From Antedon mediterranea (Eukaryota > Animalia > Echinodermata), in assembly GCF_964355755.1 (NCBI RefSeq), contig NC_092672.1, positions 17,869,237 to 17,933,236 on the forward strand: a stretch of 64,000 bases of DNA, written 5' to 3'. The notes under the pieces were generated by a model. It was given only the letters and a program-made list of their open reading frames with translations. It did no database searches and was not told where the DNA came from. The first letter of the stretch is position 1; every line of letters starts with the position of its first letter. Below are positions 13,341 to 24,449 of the stretch, piece by piece. The translations under genes and the position numbers were made by a program.

Positions 13341-14061
13341 CTAGTACCAGATAGAGAGTACTACTACTCTAGACTATTCATATCGGTTATCCGTGGGTCT
13401 CTTATTTTATAGCAAAAATATCGCAGGATAGCCTAAATACAATATTATTATTATACAGTAATAGTAGGTTAAATGATGTTGCACCTTCTGTTTTTTGGAC
13501 ATGGTGAATAGTGTGTGTCACGCAGACTGGTGTCACGACGGTGGAGGCAGCAAGCAAATCAAACGTGTCACAGCACGTGTACTTGGTTTTGTCTAGACAA
13601 ATATTAAACGTGTCTGTTGAGCTATCGTATTTCGGCAATAAAACAGACTGACAGAAGAAGTTACCCAGTTTCTAATCTAAAAACTTTTTTTTTTACTTTT
13701 TCATTTACAATTTTTTTTTTCGTGTTGATGACGTGGCCCCCCCCCCCCCTTGAATCCGCGCCTGTATAAAAAAAAAGTAAAACAATATCATTGTATTGAA
13801 CCACACGTCGTTTTGTTTGCACGTTGTATGACAAACGGCACACGCGGCGTTTCATACATTCAATTGTGTTTCAATTGGCGGCCGTTTCAGTCGGCGGCGG
13901 CCGTTTCGGCTGTAAGCCAGCGTTGGCCTAACTAGCCTAGCCTAAGCCTAGGCTATGCCTGGCCCTATGCCTTAGTTTAGGCCTATATAAAACGAATTGT
14001 AATGAAACTGGTCCGCCATACCGATTTCGGCCCGGAACCGATTTTGGTGTGACAGGCCTAC

Positions 14062-14308
14062 CTCTTGGTTGTTGAGCAGCTGACCCCGCTATTGGCTGCA
14101 ACAAAATCATATCACTATCCTTTACACCATATTGTTCTAACGTTTTCTTGTTGTCTTCCAACACTTTGCCCGCATGGATAAGGCGTACATCATCTGCCTT
14201 CACACCAGTTTCTACTTCACAAAGGGCCTTAAAATTCTCTAACTCAATATCTGGACTTACATCAAGTTGTAAATACTGTCCAGAAACATTAGTAACCAAA
14301 ACCTTCAT
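14062..14308 (-). CDS. DDI2: DDI1/DDI2 homolog, coding exon 1 (ubiquitin-like domain)
   Basis: MKVLVTNVSGQYLQLDVSPDIELENFKALCEVETG...LEQYGVKDSDMILLQ is a DDI-type UBL. The phase-1 donor AG|GTAGG at 14061 joins in frame to the next exon. Confidence 0.9.
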
Positions 14309-14479
14309 ATTTATAGACCGCAGTAATCCAATAAATAATTGAAAATCAGTGAATGAATGAACTCAGCGCGTGTTATTCTTCTTTTGCGACGACAAAAAAA
14401 ATGCTCAATATTATGAAACGCCAAATGAACATTATTTTACTTACACATCGCAGCTTGAAATCATCAACCACCATAATAT

Positions 14480-14490
14480 GCGGCCATTTT
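14480..14490 (-). promoter_or_regulatory. YY1-like motif upstream of the DDI start
   Basis: AAAATGGCCGC on the minus strand, ~170 bp upstream of the ATG. Motif match only. Confidence 0.35.
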
Positions 14491-14642
14491 TTAAAATTTA
14501 AAAACATATTTATATATTGCACCTGTTTTACATATGGTTGTTGTTTCTTTAGAGCAATAGATTAAAACACTTTTTTTTAAATGAGAAAAAATTAGGCCTA
14601 AAGGGATACATAAAATATATTGTTCAAAGCATGTTTACAAAA

Positions 14643-16689
14643 GAGTGTTGACAAAGTGCGAGGCAGCGAGGCAAGCGAGGCATGCGCGGCATGCCAAATA
14701 TTTGTGCGAGGCATCATTTTATCATTTCCAAAAGTGCGAGGCATGCGAGGCATATAGTTTACAATTTCAAAAAGGTGCGAGGCATATCTTAACGTGCTAT
14801 TATGCTATATTATAGGCCTAATAATCAATCGATACAAGCGTATCTAAATAGATTCGTGTATACACTCATCATGTTGTTTATTTTTATGTAACGATTGTTT
14901 TTTCATTCAAGTCATATCGTGTCAAAAGTGCCCAAACTACGGTTCAAAAATCTGAACGACAGTCTCTAACTTTCGATAAACAATAATTGTTAAAGCGACA
15001 CACTCATCAAATGACTGCAATGTTTGTTGGCATTTCGAGCGTGTTCACTCACATGTCTCTCGAACATAGCAGAGTGAAAATAATATTTTGTCACACCCCT
15101 GCGCCTAGATCCGGTAGACCCGAGAGATGGAAAATCCCTCTTTACTATTTAGCAGGTAGCGGAATGATTCAGCCCTCAGCTCAGAGGATTGTGGTGCATT
15201 CCCCTCCTATAGCACGTGGTTTCAGCAGCAACGCACAGACTTCTCTCTGAGCGGCGTGCCAAAGACATTTTTGACATTCCATTCTCTAGGAACAACACGT
15301 GTGGTGTACCTCTCTCGCAAATAAGGTGAACAGCGATTGCCAGGACAAGTTCAATAACTGGCGGTGAATAAAAGGTAACTGATATGGCGATCCAATAACA
15401 TGCCGCAAAGAAAAAAATTGCGACAGAATTCTGGAGCGCGTGTGAAAAAAGATTTACGTCCGACAATTGTAATACTAGGCCTAAAATTAAACTTTAGCTA
15501 ATATGCTTAGCCCTAACCTAGATAAGAGGCCTATGTAGAAAATAATTTAATCAATTTTGATATAATAATAATTGGTGTAATATTTAATAATGATACACTA
15601 TTCCTGTTTTAGTAAGCTAGATATATTACGAACGATTTTTATTTATTGTTGTCCATGTACGTATTAATAAACCTGGCGCTAGTTTCCTTCGCTTGTATTT
15701 TTACTCCAAATTTGATAACTAACTTTATCGTGTGAATACCACACCTTAGAAGTATACCTCATGAGTACTTTAATGAAAGAATCACATAAAAAGTAACAAA
15801 TAAATCCTTAAATTAATGATTTTACAGGCGTGTTTCTCGCACACTGTTCGCGAATTTCACTTATTCAATGTTCAATATTTTTGTTTCTATGGAGCGCCAA
15901 AAGAGCAACGATAATAGAGGACTAAAACTCAGTGGAATGCGTCAATTTCTCATGCATTTATTGGTGAAAAACACGTTTTATTTCAATATATTTGTTAATT
16001 TGTCAATAAAAATGCTGTAATATGTTACTGCTGATACTGTTCTGTTTTCAAAGAATAATAATCGATCCTAAATCAACATCACTACCTAGTCTAGACCTAG
16101 GACATCCTACTAAGGATATTATGATGAATTTTTCTATTTTATTCTTTAAAATGTTAACGAAACCGTGTACATTATCAACAGTAACATTTTTCATTACTGA
16201 CAGTGACAAAATCTATTGAAATTGTACTTGATTTTCACCAAATAATGCGTTAAATATAAATGGATTCCACAGAGTTTTTAGCCCTCTAATTAATTTTGCT
16301 CTTTTGGCGTTCCATAGAAACCAAAATATTGAACATTGAGTGTGCGAAATGCGAGAAAAACAACGTCTGTAAAATCACCAATTTAATGGATTTATTGTTA
16401 CTTTTATGTGATTTTTCTTCATTAAAGTAGGCCTACTAATTCTAAGCTGTGGTATTCAGGATAAAGTTGGTTAAAATACAAGGCAGGTGCAAAAGGAAAC
16501 TAGCCTAGCGGGCCTAGGCCTAGGCTACTTCAATTTCGGTGATTTCCTGCCTTGCAATTTTGAGAAATGATAAAATGATGCCTCGCATTTTTTGATGATG
16601 GTAAAACGATGCCTCGCATAAATTTCTGACTTGCCTCGCATGCCTTCCCTGCCTCGCGTGCCTCGCTGCCTCGCACTTTGTTACTACCC
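14643..16689. mobile_element. MULE-like non-autonomous element with 9-bp TSD, ~335 bp upstream of the DDI ATG
   Basis: Imperfect TIRs containing ACAAAGTGCGAGGCAGCGAGGCA with GCGAGGCA subterminal repeats. TSD TTTACAAAA at 14634-14642 and 16690-16698. Confidence 0.8.
15679..16503. repeat. Diverged fold-back (long inverted repeat) inside the MULE-like element
   Basis: ~300-bp arms, e.g. CTATGGAGCGCCAAAAGAGCAA versus TTGCTCTTTTGGCGTTCCATAG, with CTAGTTTCCTT/AAGGAAACTAG ends. Confidence 0.75.
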
Positions 16690-16808
16690 TTTACAAAATA
16701 GTAGTAATAAAATGACTAAAAATACAAAATTCCTTTTATAAATAAAACTGGATTTAATAACAATGGTAAAATAGTGAGGATTTACTTTGAAAACAATATT
16801 TTTTTATA

Positions 16809-17338
16809 ATTACCTCGGAGGTTATTCGATCGCGCGTGTCTGTCTGTTTGTTATCAGATTACTCAAAAGTTATTGCCATGCCAGAGATCAAATTGAAAAC
16901 ACAGATAGATATGTGATCGAGGACCACTCCATTAGATTTTGGAGGCAATCCAGATCAGGATCCCAATTCTGGAATACTTTTTTGTATTATTTTCAGACTG
17001 CTAGAAGTGTTAAAAAGATAGGATACAATTTTCAAAAGCCGGCAAGAAGTCTTAAAGTAACAAGTAGGCCCTATACTGAAGAAACAAACTGAAATTGCAT
17101 TTTCTCGAGAACTACTTACTTGTCACAAGAACTTGATTTGATTTAATGTACCGGTTTTTTTATACGAGTAGTTTTTAAAAACCTATTTCTTTTCAAATTC
17201 ACCCGTTTGTTTTTGGCGTTGCTAGTCAACTAAAACTTATTCGTTAGTTGAAAGGCTGGTTTGGTTACATAACCATTACACCAAACATACACAATGTTGT
17301 AGATAGTGAAATTAGCCTAATTAACACACAGCATTAAG
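16809..17338 (+). mobile_element. HINE-like family C copy, 3'-interrupted by a LINE
   Basis: TTACCTC-GGAGGT start and GTCT/GTTT microsatellite. The body matches 2670-3145. Confidence 0.65.
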
Positions 17339-18890
17339 ACTTCATCTTCATCGTTATGAGCTGTTCCCACATAATCATGTTGATTATTGTGGAACTAGTT
17401 GGTGTTGTGGCAATAGTATTCACAGCTGATTTTGGTTTGATTGTTTGGATTTATTTCTTATATTATTTTATTTATTTATTTATCTTTTTTATTATTATTA
17501 CTATTTTTTCTGTTATGCCTTTTATTTATTGTTACAAGGGGTGACTCGAGTTGGCGGGGTTGTCATGCCCGAATTTAGATGCACTATCTAAACCCCTGCC
17601 TAGCAAATGGAACATCTGTATAGATTTTGTTCTGATGGTCTTCACATTCGTCATTCCACTCTCTCACAGTGCGAAGAAAGAAGGGCCAAAACCGGTAGTC
17701 AGTTCTGAGGGCATTGGATGAGAACTGGTTGGGATGTGAGCCTTTGTTATTTTTAGAAGAATTACCAGTCGTTTTGAGGGGGCAAAAATAGAGTTGATAA
17801 ACAGCTGTCTAGCTTCTTTTCTCTTGCTCTGTAGTGAGTTCCATTTCAGTTCCTTCATCATGTTATTAACACTTGAGGTTCTGCAAAACATCCTTCTAGC
17901 TGCACGTCGTTGGACCTTCTCAAGATATCTTGAGAAGGTCCAACGACGTGCAGCTAGATGGAGGTTTCGCATAAGTTATGTTGATTTGTGGGTGGGATCC
18001 CATACAGTTGAAGCGTACTCCATTATTCTGCTTTGTTGGCTGCTTCTTTCACCTTCTTAGAGCCAATTTTAAGATTCCTTTTTAAAAATCCCAGAGCCTG
18101 GTTTCCAGCTTGGCAGACATTGTGATGTGCTGGTTCCACGTGTAATTTAGACCGTTATATATGGTGACGCCCAGGTACTTGATGTTATCCATCGGCTTGA
18201 TAACCATACAAAGAATACAATGGTCTGGGTGTATAGGGCCCTTCTTTCTAGATATAATCATTACTTGGCACTTGTCTGAATTCCAACTTCCACACCTTTT
18301 CCCATTCAGCCAGTTTTAAAAATATCAGCTTGGAGTTGTACGTATCTCATCTCTCCTTAATGTGATTACTCGATGTATCAGTGTGTCATCGGCAAATAAT
18401 CTGGTAGTCCATTTTTATTCTTTCAGTCAGGTCATTGATGTTGAATACACTGGATAAAACAGGAATGTATGAGGACTTTGTCCCGTTCATCACAACAGCT
18501 TGTGTCCTATCTCTGAGTAATTGTTCAATCCATTTCGAAGTCTTACCACAGATACCATTTCTTCTAAGCTTGTATATCAGGTGTGGGTGACAAACGCTTT
18601 TGAAAAGTGAAATACAAAAACATCCTGACGTTTAACTTTCTCTGCACTCAGAAGCTCGTCAATCAGGCCTACAATTTGAGTCTCGGTAGATCTGCCACCG
18701 CGAAATCCATGGTGCTCATCTTTTAGGATGTTGTGCTGGTCACTATGAGATCAGTAACGATGATGTGTTCCATAATTTTACAAGGGATGCTGGTCAATGC
18801 TGATAATGGTCTGTAGTTGGATGCTTTGTATCGCTCACATCTTTCCTAATGCGGGGTGATGTGATGTGTGAATTTCCAATCTTGTAGTTA
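17339..18890 (-). mobile_element. Decayed non-LTR retrotransposon (CR1-group-like RT 3' half)
   Basis: Frameshifted RT motifs on the minus strand: HGFRGGRSTETQ, RLFADDTL, EYASTVWDPTH, LEKVQRRAAR. (GATGAA)n-like tail near 17340. Confidence 0.75.
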
Positions 18891-19320
18891 CAGTAATCAT
18901 ATTACTTTAGCAGTCCCTGACCAATTTCATCTTTGTACATTGTATATATGTTTTGTTGGTCGAATAAATAAATTAAATGATGCCTGTCTGTGTCTGGTAT
19001 ATAGCCCTGAATATTCAAATTAATTAATTAAATTTCAGTATATCACCGGGCGGTTTAGAATTAATGTGCTTTGCCTGATTATGAGATCATGTTCCGAATA
19101 TGAGCACTGTTTTTATAATTTACAGTATAGTATGATTTATATATAATTTACACAGTGCTACGCAACACATTGATTTACATATACACAATATTATTTTAAA
19201 ATCCGTTGCGTATTAAAGTTGGAATTTATTCTGACTTGTTATGCCTCCACTGATTGTGAGGGCGTTTGTTGTATGAGAGAATGTATCTGGTGGGTAAAAA
19301 TCTGTGATAATACCATATAT

Positions 19321-19392
19321 GGCTCTGTGGTTTAGTGGTATGATACTCGCCCTGTAAGCGAGAGGTTGCAGGTTCGAATCCCGCCAGAGACA
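19321..19392 (+). tRNA. tRNA-like gene/pseudogene, anticodon TGT (Thr) on a tRNA-Pro-like scaffold
   Basis: Cloverleaf GGCTCTG/CAGAGAC, anticodon stem CTCGC/GCGAG with loop CCTGTAA, T-loop TTCGAAT, A and B boxes present. Defects: G2:A71, A51:C63 and C33. Confidence 0.7.
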
Positions 19393-19393
19393 A

Positions 19394-19399
19394 TTTTTT
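19394..19399 (+). terminator. Pol III terminator (T6) directly after the tRNA-like gene
   Basis: TTTTTT begins 2 nt after the discriminator base. Confidence 0.55.
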
Positions 19400-19605
19400 C
19401 ATACAACTAAAAAATACGGAACTTTCGCCAATGAGCTATGCTCGACGCGATTATGTGATCATGTTCCGAATATGAGCACTGTTTCTATAATTTACAGTAT
19501 GATTTATATATAATTTACACAGTGCTACGCAACACATTGATTTATATATAAAACACAAAGAACATTTCTAAACCGCCCGGTGATATACTGAAATTATTAT
19601 ATTAA

Positions 19606-19649
19606 CTTGCATTGATGAAGGGTTATTGTTGCCCGAAAGCTCTGCTAAC
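19606..19649 (+). ncRNA. Minimal hammerhead ribozyme motif of Penelope type (C3U variant, possibly inactive)
   Basis: GCA-TTGATGA-A-GGGT(tattgtt)GCCC-GAA-AGCT-C-TGC: stem I GCA/TGC, stem II, and palindromic AGCT in place of stem III. Confidence 0.65.
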
Positions 19650-19719
19650 CTTTATGGCTGTTTTACTTTACTTCTTGTAATTTAGCTTTTCGCTTTTTTT
19701 TTGTATCTCCATTGAGATC

Positions 19720-21440
19720 CAGCCACTGATAGGTGGTTCCGGAAAAACAGTCCTGGGCCGTTCTGTGGACTGCAGAATGGGCATATGTTTCTCAATAATA
19801 GCCCGTAATGGAGGCAACCTAGGGTGATAGGTTGTGACTCTGGTCGAATTTGGCTGACGTGGTTTGTACGTCAGTGTTTGACATTGAGGAATATCTTATG
19901 CTTTCTTTATAGCAGTTTCGATGTATTCCTTCTTTTCCGGAGATGTCCGGTTAGTTCTTCGGTACGATTCTGAAAATCTAAATCTGAAGAACAGATACGT
20001 CTGATACGTAATGCTTGACTGTACGGATGTTTTTAGTACAGTGTCGGGGATGACAACTGCTAGGGAGCAGGTACATATTTTTATCCGTGGGTTTACGGAA
20101 TAGGTCAGTTTTGAGTGTACCATTTTCTATGGTCACTATAGTGTCCACAAAATCAACGCTAGTAGTGGATTTGGTAGCTGTAAATTTGATAGTTGGGTTG
20201 GCTGAATTAATATTGAGAAGAAAAGATTCCAAATTATATTTACCATGGTCCAGATCATGAAGATGTCGTCAATGTATCTAAACCAAACAAGTGGTTTATT
20301 AGGTTGGAGGGACAAAAAATTGGCCTCAAATTGTCCCATAAATAAATTTATAAAAGATGGCGCCTTTTTTGTGCCCATCGATGTGCCATGAATTTGAAGG
20401 TAATGGTCATTTCCAAAAATAAAATTGTTGTTGGTTAAAATCAACATGACCAGTTCTCGTAAATGAGCTTTAGTAGGCGTTTTGCCTGGAATTTTGTGTA
20501 ATTTAAAATACATGCGTCGGCTTCTTCTTCGTGAGGGATATTAGTATACAAAGATGAAACATCTAATGTAGCCAGAACAGAATTATTAGGTAAATTTTTG
20601 AATTTGGTTAATTTTGCGGATAAAGTCCGTGGAGTCCTGAATGAATGAAGGGAGATCAGTTACATATGGTCTAAGTAAATCATCCATAATATATTCAGAA
20701 ATTTTCTCTGTAGCAGTGCCATTGGCCGAAATAATGGGTCTACCAGGATTGCCTGCTTTGTGGATTTTAGGTAGGAAATAAATCTGCCTGGAACTGGATT
20801 AACCTGTACCAAATGAGGTCCAATCTTAGGATCGATGGAGTGTTTTTTTACCAACAAAGAAACAGATTTGCCCACCTTATCCGCAATTTCCAGTGTGTGA
20901 TCCGTTGTAAGTTTACGATAATGAAGAGGATTGTTTAGCTGTCTTAAGGACTCCTCTTCATAAAATTTGATGTCCATAGCAACAGTGGCAGAACCTTTGT
21001 CAGCGGGTTTAATGATGATATCATTACGCTGAGACGCAATTTGGCAATGGCCTGCCTCTCTTGTTTTGAGAGATTGTCATGTTTATCTGGATTCGGGACG
21101 TACCGTAGTTTTGTACATCCTCCTCAATAGCCTGAATAAATGTTTCTAAAGCTGGTCAACGATTTTTAGGTGGATTCCAGGAACTTTTTGGTTTAAATTT
21201 GCTAATGTTGCCTTCGTTTTGCGTGGTGTTGCTGTCTGAATCGGCAAAATATTCACGTAAACGTAATCTTCTGGAGAAAGACTCCATATTTAAAGATAGT
21301 TGTTGTGCGCCAAACTGCTTTGGTTTTGGGCAGAATTTAAGTTCTCGTGAAATAAGTTTTTTCTCGCCTTCGGAAAGTCGACAATTAATTTCAACAACTG
21401 AATCAGAGGTGTTCAAACGAACCATCTGCAGGGTTTCCTA
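19720..21440 (-). mobile_element. Penelope-like retroelement RT region, frameshifted; GIY-YIG endonuclease not seen
   Basis: Motifs LKFCPKPK, IIKPADKG, PGRPIIS, LDVSSLYTNIP, GTSMGT..APSF.NLFM, WFRYIDDIF, FRKPTD...SSCHPRH, TTYHP. Confidence 0.9.
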
Positions 21441-21825
21441 AAAGCCCTGAAATCATCCGAAGGTAGAGTCATTTGTGTTGAAAGTCTGTAGGTAGACCAA
21501 ATTTGTTATGTCCCCTTCGGGCCATTACCGTTAATTGCTTACGGCAATCATTGGCGATAATCCTAAATTTGTTTTGAAACTCGGATGCAGGAAGTTCTCA
21601 TTTCAACTTCTTAGTTCTAGAGTGAATTTCAACCTACAGGATATTTTGACGTAACCTTATATTCATAGATGATTATACTCAATTTTTAAATATTTCAATT
21701 TTGTAATGTAATTTTGTATTGTACGTTGTATTGATGTTTATTTGTTATATTTCTATATTTTTTTAAAATCTCAAGCAATTCAATTTTTCTCTGTGATTTG
21801 TGGATATTTGAATAAATGAAATAAA

Positions 21826-22400
21826 ACTAGATTTGAACTGGCGAGTTCGTGTTATCCGCGAATATGCAACATTCACGTCATCAAATTGACATATGAAGAT
21901 AACTATTTTAGAAGATAATTATCTAAATAATTACATTAATGAAAATTTGAAGAATTTTAGGCATGTAAAAGTGCGATGCGCTCTCTTTTAAACGCGATGA
22001 GCTTATACGAAAGAGATGAAAATCTGACATTTTGAATTCAACTGGCGATGTGATGACGTCATGACATCAGATAGACAAAATTTGTATATGAATTCATATC
22101 TACAATTCAACAACTTCCATAATAAGTTTTAATCACATGGGTCACTTTTCATTCCGATGAGATCTAACAGATTAGAATATACAGTATAGATACAATTAAG
22201 TAACTCACGTTATTCTAATTTTTTAATATAATGACGTAATAAAAATAAAAATGTTTTTAACTCATGTGAAAGAAAATTGGTTTAGCAAGAACATATAAAA
22301 AACTATTTTTCTACGCTTTGTACGAGCTGTGCGCACAATTTCTTGCGCAAAACGCAAGCAAATGGTCATATGTATCTATTCAGTCACCTTATAAAAAATC
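21826..22400 (-). repeat. HINE-like family A relative, 3' part
   Basis: The reverse complement ends CGCGGATAACACGAACTCGCCAGTTCAAATCTAGT. The body is similar to 55212-56825. Confidence 0.6.
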
Positions 22401-24449
22401 ATTTGCAATTAAATGTCAAATGTCAATATTAACCAATCACAAAATTTGCCTATAAAACCAAATGTTCTATAATTCTGTTAAGATATCAATCAATCATATG
22501 CAATCAAAAGAGCACATTCATCATTACACCAGTTGACATAGGTCAAAGGTCCACATTTTAACAAGTCATATACTAAATAATGCAAAGTTATCCAAACTAT
22601 AAGATCGATGGTCATAAATGTAATCACATTATTTGATCGGTAAAGTTATGGTATTTCTGATAATTTTTCCTAGTGCGCATTATTTTATGTATTTATAATA
22701 CTGTAAAATAACTAATAAAATCAATATTTCAAAATCTTACGCTGACCTTTAATGATTTGTCACAACACATTGCATAGGCAGATCCAAGTGGGCCAGTCAG
22801 CCCACCTCGTCCCCCACCTTTAATTTCGACAATACAAAACTTCACCAATTCAATTCAAAATTTCACTGATCCCTATCTCTTTCTATTAAATGATCTTGGA
22901 TTCGTCACTGTGTGGTTTATAAACCGTAGAGAGGACACAAGCAATGTTGAAGCTTGTATAAATGTTTCTAAAAATAAGTTTGTTTTTTCATTGTCAAGTT
23001 CTGCAAATACTGTAAGTTTCAAATGTTTTGATTACCTTTTATAAGGGACCACCAGACTCAGATCTATAATGCTTTAGGTTTTTACTTTCATTGGCTAATA
23101 AAAACTGGAATCCACAACTCACTACACAGACAGACCACAATTTTTATCAAGAGCATATCGTTAGTATGAGCTTCAATATGGTTGCTAGCCAAAGATAGTT
23201 TTTCTGTACAACTTATTGATATTATCTTCTTAAACTAATTTTCCTGTGCATACTGTAGTACAAAACCTGTTTATAATAAGGTCCATCTTTTCGAAGGTTG
23301 CATATACAGTATACTGTTCAAAGTTAGCAGTATGATGTCAGGAGAATAAACTCATCTGACTCTCTTCTTTATGTGTCAATTTAACGAACGTAAACTAAAC
23401 TAACCCTAAATATTTTCATTACAATTCAAGCTTATTCGTAACATTACATAATAATTATTAGAAAACAATAGGCTAAAGTATAAAATGAATGAACATCAAA
23501 AATCATTATTGGCAGAGTGGCAAGGATCGGAGACTAATAGAACCAAGTCAATGCCAGCTAATATAAAATAGCAATGCTTGGAATGATTGTGTTCACTGTA
23601 AATTATTATGTCTATTCAGGAATCAATCCTGGTTGTCAAATCCTGGTGGTCACATATAGAGATAATCAACAATTTTTTGCAGAACTAGACAATGACCAAA
23701 CTCTTCACAGAATAGTGTCTGGAAGTCATCTCATTTAGAATCATTTTAATGATAGCAATGCATATGCCCTGTTGGTGCACAGGCTAGTGTTCGGATAGTC
23801 CAGAAAACCATGGACATGTGTTCCAGATTTATATATTCACTATGGGTTGGTATGTATATATTCTGAATATTACTATGTTCTGATTGCAATGGGGATGAAA
23901 AAAGTAATAACCAATAGTATAGTAAGATTTGTTAAACGCTTATATCCACCAAAGTGCTCAAGGCACCTGTGAAAGAAACAATCCGTAAACTTGAAAAAAT
24001 TAACAAATCTAGACAAAAACACATAATTGCATTTTGTTTACCAGTTAGGGTGCACAGACTGGCTATAGTACATAACTATGTATTCTCAGTTATCCGAGTA
24101 TTACCTAGACAAATAAAAATCAAAAGTATATGTAGCCAACATAAAGAAACATATATCAAATCATGAATGAATATTGCATATTATTCTGACACATTTTTGC
24201 GAAATGAATTTGTCAAGATTTTGCTTTAACCATTTATTTTATTTAAGGTCAGCGTAACATTTCATCTGTCTGATTTGATTAATTATTATATTAATCAAAA
24301 GTATAATAAAATAGAAAAACTTTATTGATCAAATAATTTGATTACTTGTAAAACAATCGATATCATAGTTTGGACAAGTTTGCATTTATTTGCAATATTA
24401 AAATGTTGACTTTTGACCTTATGTCAACTGATGAAATTATGTATGTTCT

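Larger units (their letters stand above)
19031..19595. mobile_element. TIR element with internal direct repeats, carrying a tRNA-like gene
   Basis: Perfect 30-bp inverted termini AATTTCAGTATATCACCGGGCGGTTTAGAA (19031-19060 / 19566-19595). Possible ATTA TSD. ~110-bp direct repeats at 19077-19189 and 19449-19558. Confidence 0.8.

Noticed and set aside
10752-13764. Single hAT bounded by CAGGGGCGGATCCAGG and CCTTGAATCCGCGCCTG
   Set aside because: The ends are similar but no TSD matches, so I cannot show they belong to one insertion.
13937-14061. C-terminal extension of the 123-aa UBL ORF
   Set aside because: Read-through into intron 1 past the phase-1 donor at 14061.
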